From a virus: a stretch of DNA of 64,000 nucleotides. Below are positions 46,309 through 57,800 of the stretch, piece by piece. The notes below the pieces were generated by a model. The model was not told the DNA's origin and did not search any database. It worked only from the letters and a program-made list of their open reading frames with translations. Position 1 is the first letter of the stretch; each line of letters starts with the position of its first letter. The DNA is taken from IMG/VR virus record IMGVR_UViG_3300032307_000369, positions 30,875 through 94,874 of that record. One strand, given 5' to 3'. The position numbers and the translations under genes are program-made.

Positions 46309-49300
46309 ATGGCAAGAAAAGACGTTAATATTGGTTTAACAGGTAACGATGGAACAGGTGACAGCATACGTGATGCGTTTTCCAAAGTTAATGCAAATTT
46401 CCAAGAACTTTACGCTAGTCAAGGTCTAGAGGCCGGACTAACATTTGATAACTTAGTTGACGTTATCAAACCACTTAGACCTAACACAGTTTTAGGCTTA
46501 GACAGCTTAGGAAAAACTATTGTTAGTAGAGATTTAGAAGCGGCTGTTGGTATTAGTATTGACACCGTCAGTGATCCGTCTAAGATAATCTTTAGTATTG
46601 CCAACGTTCAAATTAGACAAGACCCAACACCAACACTGTCAAACGTACTAGATGGAAGTGGGTTCAAACTAAGTTTCATTGGTGATCCAGAAAATGACCA
46701 AGATGCTGTTACTAGAAAATGGGTATACCAAAATTTCTTAAACAGAGATAACATTGACAAGTTAGGTACATTTGACCTAGCCGCTGGCAGTGTCATGCGT
46801 CAAAATTTCAAGATCAGTCCAACTCCAGATAACGGCAATATTAATGCTGGTACAAAAATTATTAATGTTTTTGGTTCAGATGGCGTTACACCAAAAACTG
46901 ATGTTCAGTTAAAGTTTCAAGCAACACACCCTGCTCATGCAACTCGAAAAGATTATGTAGATACCAAGCTGTCATTACAAGGTACTGAGACATTAGATCC
47001 AGCAACTGGCTTTGTAAACAAAGGCATGGGTGTGATGACAGGTCCATTGATTTTAAATGATCACCCTGGACAGTATGTTGAAATTGATAGGAAGCCAGAT
47101 GGCACACTGTTCGTACAAGAAGATTATAGAGCAGCCACAAGAGGGTATGTTGATTCCAAAACGTATTCTGCCGCAGGTAACATATTTGTCAGTACAAAAG
47201 GTAATGACGACATGTGGGATTTTGACAACAATCGTCCAAATCCCATTTATGGATATCCTGAGGAAGAAATTGGACGTAGTTGGAGTAAAGCATTTAAATC
47301 AGTAAATGCCGCGTGTCGTTATGCAACACGAATTATAGATGCTGTTGAATTACAAAATATTCCATATCAAGTTACTCCACAACAAATTTCACGTTGGGCT
47401 CCTCCATTTACAACGCCAATTACAAGTCCAAGAACTCGTGTGCGTGTTAGCTTACAAAATCACGGATTCAAAGATGGAGACTACGTTTTAGTTAGCGGAG
47501 CTATCTTAGGATCTTTAGACACAAGAAATTTAAACGGTATTCACAGAGTTAATGCGTTAGATGTTAACAATTTTGAATTAAATTTAAAATCACTGGTAAC
47601 ATGGCCAAATCCAGAAGTTGCACCTGGCGGCACTATTAGTATTTCGTTGGCTAATAAAAAGGACGGTCCTTACAGTGAAATTTCTAAGGTTGACTTTGGC
47701 TTTAGAGGATTCTTTGTACCAAAACCTGAAATTACTATTATGGTTGAATCAGGAGTTTACTTTGAAGAAGCTCCTATGTTTGTTCCACCAAACTGTGCTA
47801 TTAAGGGCGATGAATTTAGACGTACTTTAATTAAACCAAAGCCAGGACCAGTTAATCCTGATAATCAGCTTACTAAATTTGTTCGTGGTGATAGAAGTCA
47901 AAGTGCTACCTTTTGGTATAACTCACACTACTACAATCAATTGTCAAGATCAGTTGGAACCACTAACGTGGTTGGTAGTACAAAATTAGAAATTAAAAAT
48001 AGTCCTTATAGACCAAAGAGTGGTATGCGATTTATTGTGGGTACTCTTGGTGGTATACCAAACGTATATCGAGTTGGACGTGAAGTTAACATTGTTTACA
48101 AAGAACCAAATCCAGATTTAAATATTGCTCCTGGAACATATATCATGGACATCGTTGATGACAACGGTGATCCAAAACCATTGGCAACTGGTATTCCAGA
48201 TTCAACAACTATAGAATTCTTGTTAGACCACGAACACTGTGATGCCATGCTTGTTGCTGATGCATTCCAGTTGCGTAATATAACAGTTATAGGATTTAAG
48301 GGCTTTGCTATGGCCTTTGATCCTAAGAGACAAATTAAAACACGTTCTCCTTATGCTCAAGTTGGCGCTGTATTTGCTGGAGAAGGTGGTGGTGGTCAGT
48401 TGGTTGACGGTATGTCTGGTAACCAAGTATGTTATGTATTAGACACTAGTTATACTGATCCGTTTACTGGAACACAAGGTTCTAGTGGACTTAAAATGAC
48501 TGTTACTGGATTAGTACGTACTCCTGAAACTCCAAATACATTTTTCTTGGCTAAGAAAAAATATGTCATTATCGATTCCACAACTCCAGATTCCAACGGT
48601 ACTGCTACATTAACTTTAAGTACTACAACTCCAATTGAAGTTGATGATACTTATTTGCCTGCAGGTTTTATTCCAAACGGTTCTCAAATTTTAATTGAAA
48701 CTGCTGGTAACCGATCAATGTTGTCTAACGACTTTACCATGATTAACGATTTAGGTTATGGTCTTGTGTGTGAAAATAACGGTGTTGCAGAAGCAGTTAG
48801 TCAATTTACATACTATTGCCGTGCCAGCTATTTGTCTAGATCAGGTGGACAAATTCGTTCGGTAACAGGATCAAGTTGCTATGGTATTATTGGTTTACAA
48901 TCTGAAGGTAGCGATCCTAACGAAGCTATTCAGATTGGTAGAATTAAAACTGACATTGGTAACATCATGCAGGTTTACATTGATGATCCTAGTGCAGATG
49001 GCAACCAAGGTGCCGTAAGTTTGGTAATGGGAGGTTTGGCAAGTAAGCCTATAAGAAACTCTACATTCAAATTAACCAAACACGAAATCATTATTAAAAA
49101 TATTGCTCGAGCAAGATTGAGTGGTGGTACACTAACAACTGGGCCGCTAGTTGTAACAACATATTATCCTCATCCTTTCTCAACTGGAGAGAGTGTACAA
49201 ATGACCAGTGTGAGAGGATTGCAATTGCCTGCAATTCCTCCAAGTACTACCCCAAGAGCAACTGATGTTGATGGAAGAGTTTATACTATTACTTCTGTTA

Positions 49301-52300
49301 ACAGTCACACGTTTACATTAGATGGAAGTGAAAGCACTAATTATATAAATGATTTAGGAACTTATAATTTTGCTGACTTACCAGCTCGTGCTATATCTAA
49401 TCTAGTAATTGGAGCACAAGATGTTGTGTTTTCAATTAAGGGAGATCCTAGTCCATCTAATATTACAGGTAGAGCTAGATTTGATGGCATTCCAGGCGAA
49501 AACCAAGCTGGACAAAATGTATTAAAACTTCAACGACTACAGCGTCCAGCTGTTGTTGGAATGAAAACAACTATTCCTGGCGGAGTGTTGACCTACACTG
49601 TAACTGATGTTACTGAAAAAGTAGTTACATTTAAACCATCTCCAAGACCAGCACCTACTGGTGACAATGATAATAAAATTGGTGCACAAACCATTTATAT
49701 CTACACCACTACAGATATAACTACAGGTGCTATTAATGGCACAACACTTACTGCTACTAATTTAGATCAAAATAATGTTGGACAATTAGTCACAGGAGCC
49801 ACTGTAGCTGACAACACATACATTATAGCAGTGACCAGTCCTACAACAGCGACTGTGTCAATAAGTCAAACTGTTACTAACAGAACTTTAGAATTAAGTT
49901 GGGTTCCTAAAATAGGCTGGAGTTTCCAGCATTTAGACACCAACATGGGTCTACAGTTAAATTATACTAGATATACAATTACTGATACTCCAGTATATGA
50001 TGCTGTATCAAATAGATGGGCTGTTACCTTAGATGTTCCGCTAACAGTCAATATGCAAAATCAAGAAGCAACTGGTCAAACGACTATTGTTGACGGAATT
50101 TGGGACGTTACTTTAAACTATGATTTAGAAACAAGCATCGCTAACAGTGTAAACCCAGTATCATTTACGTTTGTTGATTCGTATTGGGTTACAAGCATTG
50201 ATCCGTCATTGACCAACCCAATACCTACTGTTACTGATGAATACAATAGAGTACGTGCTCGTAAGATTAATTTATATCAGCAAAAGACAATTAGTGTAAG
50301 TCAAATTTTAAACAGACCTGCTATTATTAACAGCTCTGCTTTAAGATTCTCATCTTCAAACTATGATCCAAGTATATATCGTATTTTAGGTAAAACTTCT
50401 GATGGCGGTATTACACAAGATAGATATGCTGTTACTACTACTATAAATCCACTTAGTGGTCTTAATACGAATGCTGTAGAGAAAGTATTAGCAAACAAAA
50501 CTTGGATACAGTCTGAAGTTATTAATTACTTGGCTACAATTTATCCTAATTTCCAATACAATGTTAACACTTGTTATCGTGACGTTGGATATATTATCGA
50601 TGCAGTACTTTATGACTTAACTTACGGCGGTAACGTAAGAAGCCGTGCCGCTGGTATTAGTTATTACCAACAAGGTAATCCAAGTGCGGCTCTTGTATTA
50701 AGTCAGCAAAAAGTAGAAACAATTGATGCAATTAATTTTGCGACCACTGCGGCAATAACTGCCTTAAATCAATATAGTGGCGCAACAGTACCTCAATTAC
50801 AACTACCATATCGTGGAAGTAATTTAAACGGTGTTGCACAATTACAGGCAAATAAACTGTTTATACAAGATGAAGTTATTGCATTCTTAGCACAAACATA
50901 TCCTACTTTACAGTTCAATCAAACTACTTGTCGTAGAGACGTTGGATTGATTATTGATGCTGTTGCATACGATTTAGAGTATGGTGGTAACGTGGCAACT
51001 AGAACGGCTGCTCTAGCATACTATGATGGATCAACAAGCTCACAGTATGTGTTGTCTAATCAAAAAACCCAAACCATTGCTGCCATTAACAGAGCATCTA
51101 CAGTTGCTCAACAAATTGTTTTAGAAACTGCTGTAACTGCGACTGCTGGCAACACTGCAACACAAAATACTGCTGGTACTCCTGGAGTTGCTGGTGTTGA
51201 TGACGTAAGAGTTCAAACATTAATGAACATTATTACTAATGTTCTACAAAATGGTACTTCTGTTGCTCCAACTAGAAATTTAGGAATTAGAAGAAGTTAT
51301 CAAGATCCTCTAGGTGTAGAGTATGCCCCACAAAGTATTGACAGTGGCATTGTAGCAGAAGCCGGTGCTGCCACAGCATTGCAAGCTCTAATGGACCAAA
51401 TTGTAGCCATAATTGAATTTGGCACTACAGGCCCGCATGTTGTTGTACAGCCACAAGTGTTAGATACTTTACAGGCAATTGATTTCCCACCAACTGCAAC
51501 ATCATTACAATATGGCGCAGTATTAACTGGTCCTGGAATTCCTAAAGCAGGAGTTAACGGCGTTACCGAAGATACATTTATTAGAACAGTGACTCAATTG
51601 TTTGATGAAAATCAAAATACAATTGGCTACAGAGCTAGAATTAGTGCGCCAGTAACACAAGCAATTCCTGCTGGTACAGAAATTGTTATTACTGGTCCTG
51701 GTAGTGACTTCTTATTTGATCTAAACACTCCACTAGACCTTAGACACTTAGCAGGCGATGTAATTGGTATCACTACCACATTCTCAACTGTACGTGCAAC
51801 TGGTCATGATTTCTTAAACGTTGGGGCAGGTGGATATGATGACTCTAACTATCCTAATAACGTTTATGGTCAACCAGTTAATACGCCATCTGACAGTGCA
51901 ATTGCTAAAGAGGTTGGGACTGGTCGTGTGTTCCACGTGTCAACTGATCAAAATGGTAATTTTAGAGTAGGTAGCTTCTTTAACGTTAACCAAGGTGACG
52001 GATCTGTTAGTATTAGTGCTAAAATTGGTTTAAGTGCTGTTACAAGTTTAAGTTTCTTAACTGGTGCAACCGTTAACCAATTCTCAACTGATTCTAAGTT
52101 AGACGACAATAGTGACAACATTGTTTCTACACAAAAGGCAATGAAGACCTACATCAATAACTTGATTGACGGTCGTTTTACAATTGACAATACTGATACT
52201 CCACAACGTGGTCTATTAAGACTTGACGGCGAAAGTATCATGGTTGGTGATTTAGATGTTGGTTTGAACAGTGTTGAACGTATAGTAAACAGTCCAAACA

Positions 52301-54843
52301 ATGACGGCAGTGTTAATAGAAAGTATGTTGACAATGTGTTTGCTGGTGGATCTATTGATTACGATGGTTCTTATGCAATTGAAACAACTGGTCGTAGAAC
52401 AGATGTATTAGCGTTCACTATGATAACTGACAACACATCAGTTGGTGGTGTTCCAAATAATAGGGGTGGAATTGATCTTAATGACAATAAGATACAACGC
52501 CTAAAATCTCCAACTGAATTGACCGATGCAGCCAACAGAGCGTATGTTGATCAAACAATTGCTACAGGCGGTGTAAGATTAGGTTGGACTGGATTCACTC
52601 TTTCTAATACTAATATAAGAAATACAGTATCTAGCATAAGCATGGTAAACAACGGTGGAGGATATCTTGTTCCACCAGCAGTTGTACTTTATTCTACTAG
52701 TGGTACTGGTGCTGCCGCAAGAGCAGTATTAACTGCTGGTACTGGTGCTAGAAGCGTTAATAATATTATTGTTGATATTGGTGGCTATGGATACACAGAA
52801 GCTCCAATTGTTATTATTGGCGGTAGTGTCTCTAACGTCAACGTAAACAACTCTGGAACTGGATATAGCAGTGCTCCAACACTAACATTTAGTGCTCCTC
52901 CAGTTGGCGGCATTAGAGCTACTGGTTATGCAGTCATGCAGGGAAGTGGCTCAAATCAAATTATTAGTAGCATTGTAATTACAAATGCTGGTGTAGGATA
53001 TACTCTTGCACCAACTATTGCATTGAGCGGTGGAGGTTCACCTACTGTAAATGCAATTATTACTGCTGTCCTACAAGCAGGATCAGGCGCAACTGCTACA
53101 GCAAGTATCACTGCTACTCAAAGAAATATTGATTTAAATGGCAACAAGGTCACTGGTTCAGCAGACCCAACACAAAATACAGATTTAGTAACATTAAATT
53201 ATTTTAATACTAAAAACTTTATTGGTGAGATTGCCGATGTAACCATAACCAATGTTCCTGGAAGCGGAGATTTATTGGTCTTTACAGGTACTGTACCAGC
53301 TGGAAGTAAAGGGGCTATGGTCAACGTAGCTGTTGATTCTTCTAGCGATATTTCTTTTGTAAGAAGTGCCAATACAATCACTGTTAATATTAAAGATAAT
53401 GCTATTATTGATAGTAACATTGCTCCAAATGCCGCAATACAACAGACTAAGCTATTGTTAAATCGAGCAAATGCTGTAGTTGAAGGTGCTGGCGCAGGTG
53501 TTGGTGACTTTGGTATAGTAGCTGTTAACTCTGCTGAATTTATTAGTGACAGTGGATTAATTAAACTTCGTCAGTCAGAAAATAAAAACACTGGTGTTCG
53601 TTTAGATAGAATGCAACAGATTACAAACTATCGAATACTAGGAAGATATAATTCTACTGAAAGTGAAACTTCTGTTGGACCAGTAACTGAAGTTCCAGTT
53701 GGGGACTTAAAACAATTACTAGGACTAAGTGCTGCCACAGTTCAAGTGCTTATTAGTGATGATATTTTGGGTGGTAGACAAGTTGACAGCGGCAATCCGT
53801 TAAGTCCATTACTTGCTACTAACTGGAATGGTAGTGCATCTTTTGGTGCTCTACTAAGACGTGGTGGCACAATGATTGGTAAGATTGTTATGACTGATGC
53901 TGGCGGATTGCCAGCAGGTGATCCAAACATTACTCCAATTATTGGTGTAGGTGCAGGTCTCACAGACAAGTTAGACATTGGTACTAGCGCATTACGTTTC
54001 CAAAGTGTGTATGCTAAAAACCATTTTGGTGATGTTTTCCGAGGAACAACATTTGGAAGCGCAACTGCTCCAACAAGTCAAGGTGGTGGTGCAATATTTA
54101 ATGGTACTGCTACATTTGCTGGAAGTTCTGGTGCCTTACAATACGCACTAGTAACTCCTGTAGGTGGTGATCTTGCTCTTAGAGTAGGAGCAAACAATGT
54201 AACCTTTAATGGAAGTCAAGAAGTTACAATTAGCGTTTTAGCAGAAACTGGCACTGTAAACAATAGTCTTGTAAGAAGAACTAGTGATGGTCAAATTAAT
54301 GCAAGTCAGTTTAATGGTCCGCTAACTGGGTTAGCCACAAGTGCTACTAATTTAAGATTAGGAACAACTGACTATCCTGCAAGTGATAGTGCAAGCAGTA
54401 CTTCAGTTCCATTACGTATTAATGGAGTGATAAAGGCTACAACATTTGAAGGTAAGGCAACTAGTGCTAACTATGCTGACTTGGCTGAGAATTATCAAGC
54501 AGACTTTGCATATGAGCCAGGAACAGTACTTGAGTTTGGTGGTGCATACGAAGTAACTATTGCGCAAGACGAAACTAGAAAAGTGGCTGGCGTTGTTTCA
54601 ACAAACCCAGCGCATTTAATGAATACTGAATTACAAGGAGAAAATGTCGTAGCACTTGCACTGCAAGGTCGTGTTCCATGTAAAGTACGTGGTAAAATTA
54701 GTAAAGGCGACTTGATGACTAGTGCTGGCGGCGGGTATGCTCGTCCAACACACGATCCAAAAATTGGAACAATAATTGGAAAAGCGTTAGAGGACTTTGA
54801 TGGTGTTGAAGGTGTCATTGAAGTAGTTGTTGGAAGATTGTAA
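46309..54843 (+). CDS. giant virion structural / tail-fibre-like protein (about 2844 aa)
   Basis: ATG 46309 with GGAG 8 nt upstream. The N-terminal motif IGLTGNDGTGDSIRDAFSKVNANF is shared with the next gene. Contains an internal tandem domain duplication, Ig-like GYTxAPxV repeats and a C-terminal conserved module (YADLAENY…). Confidence 0.7.
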   Translation: MARKDVNIGLTGNDGTGDSIRDAFSKVNANFQELYASQGLEAGLTFDNLVDVIKPLRPNTVLGLDSLGKTIVSRDLEAAVGISIDTVSDPSKIIFSIANVQIRQDPTPTLSNVLDGSGFKLSFIGDPENDQDAVTRKWVYQNFLNRDNIDKLGTFDLAAGSVMRQNFKISPTPDNGNINAGTKIINVFGSDGVTPKTDVQLKFQATHPAHATRKDYVDTKLSLQGTETLDPATGFVNKGMGVMTGPLILNDHPGQYVEIDRKPDGTLFVQEDYRAATRGYVDSKTYSAAGNIFVSTKGNDDMWDFDNNRPNPIYGYPEEEIGRSWSKAFKSVNAACRYATRIIDAVELQNIPYQVTPQQISRWAPPFTTPITSPRTRVRVSLQNHGFKDGDYVLVSGAILGSLDTRNLNGIHRVNALDVNNFELNLKSLVTWPNPEVAPGGTISISLANKKDGPYSEISKVDFGFRGFFVPKPEITIMVESGVYFEEAPMFVPPNCAIKGDEFRRTLIKPKPGPVNPDNQLTKFVRGDRSQSATFWYNSHYYNQLSRSVGTTNVVGSTKLEIKNSPYRPKSGMRFIVGTLGGIPNVYRVGREVNIVYKEPNPDLNIAPGTYIMDIVDDNGDPKPLATGIPDSTTIEFLLDHEHCDAMLVADAFQLRNITVIGFKGFAMAFDPKRQIKTRSPYAQVGAVFAGEGGGGQLVDGMSGNQVCYVLDTSYTDPFTGTQGSSGLKMTVTGLVRTPETPNTFFLAKKKYVIIDSTTPDSNGTATLTLSTTTPIEVDDTYLPAGFIPNGSQILIETAGNRSMLSNDFTMINDLGYGLVCENNGVAEAVSQFTYYCRASYLSRSGGQIRSVTGSSCYGIIGLQSEGSDPNEAIQIGRIKTDIGNIMQVYIDDPSADGNQGAVSLVMGGLASKPIRNSTFKLTKHEIIIKNIARARLSGGTLTTGPLVVTTYYPHPFSTGESVQMTSVRGLQLPAIPPSTTPRATDVDGRVYTITSVNSHTFTLDGSESTNYINDLGTYNFADLPARAISNLVIGAQDVVFSIKGDPSPSNITGRARFDGIPGENQAGQNVLKLQRLQRPAVVGMKTTIPGGVLTYTVTDVTEKVVTFKPSPRPAPTGDNDNKIGAQTIYIYTTTDITTGAINGTTLTATNLDQNNVGQLVTGATVADNTYIIAVTSPTTATVSISQTVTNRTLELSWVPKIGWSFQHLDTNMGLQLNYTRYTITDTPVYDAVSNRWAVTLDVPLTVNMQNQEATGQTTIVDGIWDVTLNYDLETSIANSVNPVSFTFVDSYWVTSIDPSLTNPIPTVTDEYNRVRARKINLYQQKTISVSQILNRPAIINSSALRFSSSNYDPSIYRILGKTSDGGITQDRYAVTTTINPLSGLNTNAVEKVLANKTWIQSEVINYLATIYPNFQYNVNTCYRDVGYIIDAVLYDLTYGGNVRSRAAGISYYQQGNPSAALVLSQQKVETIDAINFATTAAITALNQYSGATVPQLQLPYRGSNLNGVAQLQANKLFIQDEVIAFLAQTYPTLQFNQTTCRRDVGLIIDAVAYDLEYGGNVATRTAALAYYDGSTSSQYVLSNQKTQTIAAINRASTVAQQIVLETAVTATAGNTATQNTAGTPGVAGVDDVRVQTLMNIITNVLQNGTSVAPTRNLGIRRSYQDPLGVEYAPQSIDSGIVAEAGAATALQALMDQIVAIIEFGTTGPHVVVQPQVLDTLQAIDFPPTATSLQYGAVLTGPGIPKAGVNGVTEDTFIRTVTQLFDENQNTIGYRARISAPVTQAIPAGTEIVITGPGSDFLFDLNTPLDLRHLAGDVIGITTTFSTVRATGHDFLNVGAGGYDDSNYPNNVYGQPVNTPSDSAIAKEVGTGRVFHVSTDQNGNFRVGSFFNVNQGDGSVSISAKIGLSAVTSLSFLTGATVNQFSTDSKLDDNSDNIVSTQKAMKTYINNLIDGRFTIDNTDTPQRGLLRLDGESIMVGDLDVGLNSVERIVNSPNNDGSVNRKYVDNVFAGGSIDYDGSYAIETTGRRTDVLAFTMITDNTSVGGVPNNRGGIDLNDNKIQRLKSPTELTDAANRAYVDQTIATGGVRLGWTGFTLSNTNIRNTVSSISMVNNGGGYLVPPAVVLYSTSGTGAAARAVLTAGTGARSVNNIIVDIGGYGYTEAPIVIIGGSVSNVNVNNSGTGYSSAPTLTFSAPPVGGIRATGYAVMQGSGSNQIISSIVITNAGVGYTLAPTIALSGGGSPTVNAIITAVLQAGSGATATASITATQRNIDLNGNKVTGSADPTQNTDLVTLNYFNTKNFIGEIADVTITNVPGSGDLLVFTGTVPAGSKGAMVNVAVDSSSDISFVRSANTITVNIKDNAIIDSNIAPNAAIQQTKLLLNRANAVVEGAGAGVGDFGIVAVNSAEFISDSGLIKLRQSENKNTGVRLDRMQQITNYRILGRYNSTESETSVGPVTEVPVGDLKQLLGLSAATVQVLISDDILGGRQVDSGNPLSPLLATNWNGSASFGALLRRGGTMIGKIVMTDAGGLPAGDPNITPIIGVGAGLTDKLDIGTSALRFQSVYAKNHFGDVFRGTTFGSATAPTSQGGGAIFNGTATFAGSSGALQYALVTPVGGDLALRVGANNVTFNGSQEVTISVLAETGTVNNSLVRRTSDGQINASQFNGPLTGLATSATNLRLGTTDYPASDSASSTSVPLRINGVIKATTFEGKATSANYADLAENYQADFAYEPGTVLEFGGAYEVTIAQDETRKVAGVVSTNPAHLMNTELQGENVVALALQGRVPCKVRGKISKGDLMTSAGGGYARPTHDPKIGTIIGKALEDFDGVEGVIEVVVGRL
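50471..51125 (+). repeat. internal tandem duplication (two domain copies of about 110 aa each) within the giant gene
   Basis: Two copies of …F(I/Q)SEVI.YLA..YP.FQYN..TC.RDVG.IIDAV.YDL.YGGNV..R.A…Q.I.AIN.A…. Confidence 0.5.
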
Positions 54844-54880
54844 GATATCCTAAAATAAATAAGATGAACAGGAACGAAAA

Positions 54881-57800
54881 ATGAGCATTCAATACATAAA
54901 CATTGGTTCTAACGCAAATGACGGCACTGGCGATGATTTGCGAACTGCATTTTTAAAAGTAAATGATAATTTTCAATTACTTGCAACCATAGGTGGAGAG
55001 ACCAATATTGGTGCAAACCTTGGTGGTGGCGGGGGACAAGTTTACGCAGGTAAAACTAATGAAACACTTAATTTTAGAACAATTGCTGGTGATGTTAATT
55101 CAGGCATAACCGTAAATCAGTCTGGCAATGTTATTACGATTGCTAGTAATTTTAGTGTTCCTGCATCTATTACTACACTAATATCTGAAGATAACAGTGG
55201 TCAATTTACTACTACAAGCCCAGGAGCTACTTTTAGATTCAATGGCACTGGTGGCGTTACTACTAGTTTAAATGCTAATATATTGACCATTGACGGTCAA
55301 TTTGCACTAGTGCAAGATACGTTGCCTTTACTAGGCGGTAATTTAGATTTAAATGGAAGTAATATTACTGGTTTAGGTAATATTAGTATTGTTGGCAATA
55401 TCACTTCTGATAATTTAACTGTAGGAAGAATTGTAACTCCTGGAGTGTTTCCTGCAACTGCTACAATTAACGGTTCATTAACTGTTCGAGGATCAACAAG
55501 TTTACAAGCTGTTACTGCAACTTCTATCGTTACTAACAATATTATAACTGCACCAGGATTTACAGCAACAAGTGGTGCATTTACTGGCAACCTTACTGGT
55601 AACAGCACTGGAACACACTATGGCAACGTTGCCTTAAAAGTAGTTGATCCATTAGATCCTAACTATCCTGAAATAGTTATAGTTGATTCTGATACACAAA
55701 CAATAACTGGTTCACATTTTGGTACATTTAGTGGCGGTTTGACTGGTTCACTAATTACTGGCGGTCTAGCATTAGATGGTAATAGTATTACTGGTGAAGG
55801 TAGAATTGAAGTTACTGGTTCAGAAGTGCAAACTGGCACAATGGCATTTACTGTAAATGGAAGATTCCACGGTGGTGATTCACCTGCTGGCGTTGCTCCA
55901 GAAGCTGATCAAGGACCAGAGTCTGCCATGTTCACCATGACTCAACAGGTATATGGTTTTTCAGAGCCAATTCGATTAAGAACTGTAAGTAAGAACGGAA
56001 GCAATTCAATTCCACTTGGTCCTGGTATACGATTTGAATCTGTTAATGAAATTGATCCTAGTGATCCAACAACTTATGACCCATTAAATCCGCCAACACA
56101 ACCAGAATATGTTTTACATGGTTATTTGGGAGTGTTAAACTATGATAACGGTGCTGACACAAATCCCGATATAAGTGCATTTGTAGCTAGAGTTAGATCT
56201 GACGACGGTGACTTTGTACGTGATATTATTATTGCTAGAGGTGACAATCGTGTTAGTATTTCTGGGCTTGATATAGAAGATAGTAAAATTAGTCCAAAAT
56301 ATGATGAAATAGCTTCTGGAGTTTTTGGAATAACTCCATCTGATTTGATTATTACAAACGGAGCAAGTAATCATTATATTAACTTCTATGGAGAATATGA
56401 TCCAAATTTCCAAGATGAAGGTTTTGCAACTGGACCTGGCTACACTGGATATAGTTTTCCAAAAGTAATTGGTGCTCCTGGAGAAGTATTAACTGTACAA
56501 TTAGGAACCAACTTACTAACTTGGGCCACACCAGGTGGTGGTGGCGGTGGTGGTGGAACAACTTTACTAAACTTGACTGATGTTCCAGACAGTTACGCTA
56601 CTCATGCTGGCAAACTTTTAAGAGTTAAGTCGACCAGTGACGGAATAGAATTTACAAATAGTTTTAATGCCACAGTTACTGGTAGTTTAATTGGAAATGC
56701 TAGTACAGCGACTGCCTTACAAACTGCTAGAACAATCAATGGGTTTACCTTTGATGGTACACAAGATGTAACTATTGACACTCGTCAGATTGAAGAACTA
56801 AGACAAGTAGCCTCAAATGCCAATATAGTTGGAAGTGGTGGCAGCATTGTATCAACTATAAATATTACCACCTTAGAATCTAACCTAGACGTTAATTTTG
56901 GAGAACCTTCAACTAATCAAGGTGCTAGAAAATTTAGAGTAGGCATGGACATTAAGGGAACACAGATCAGTAATCCAGTTATTACGAATATTTCATTAAC
57001 TGGTGGAACATTCCCAACTCCAAATAATGATAGAACTGTCGTTATAACAGTCACATTTGATGCACAAGTGGTCAATGCTGAGAGTAATATTACTATCACT
57101 GGTGAAGTGCAAAATCAGTGGTTTAATGATGAAAAAGTTAGATCTGTATTCAGTGTGAGCCCTGGCAGTGCATTATCGTATACAAGTTCATTGGGGCTGT
57201 TTGCACTTAATGATTCAGTATCAAATGTCAATAACACACTGGTAAGAAGAAATGGTAGTGGGCAAGTTTTCCTTGGCACTGCTTATGTTAGCACACTAAC
57301 AAAAAATAGTGCTGATACTGAAATAACTGTAACAAGTCCAATTTCTACTAATTCTAGTATAACATCATCTGCAAATATTACCACAACAGGCAGTGTTATT
57401 GCTGGGTTTATAACACTGACTGGAACAGGTAATCAAACTATTTCATCTAGTGCTGGCACTAATATTATTTTGCAACCTGGAACAAGTGTTGATTTAAGCG
57501 GTAAGAAAATAACAAATCTTTCAATTGCGGCTCCAACAGCAGACAGTGATGCGGCAAGTAAAAAATATGTTGACGATGAAATCCAAGGTTTATTTGAAGA
57601 AACTTTTCAAGAATTACCTGTATCTGGAGATACTGGTGGCACGTTAAATGTACAGCGAAGTGCAATTTTTACAGTTGCAGGTAGTTCAAATATTTCTACA
57701 TCGACCACCGGTACTGGTGTTCAAATAAATTTAAAAAATACAATTTCTGGAGTCAGTGTTAGTGGAAACTTACCAGTTACTGGAAACGTAACAAGCTCAG

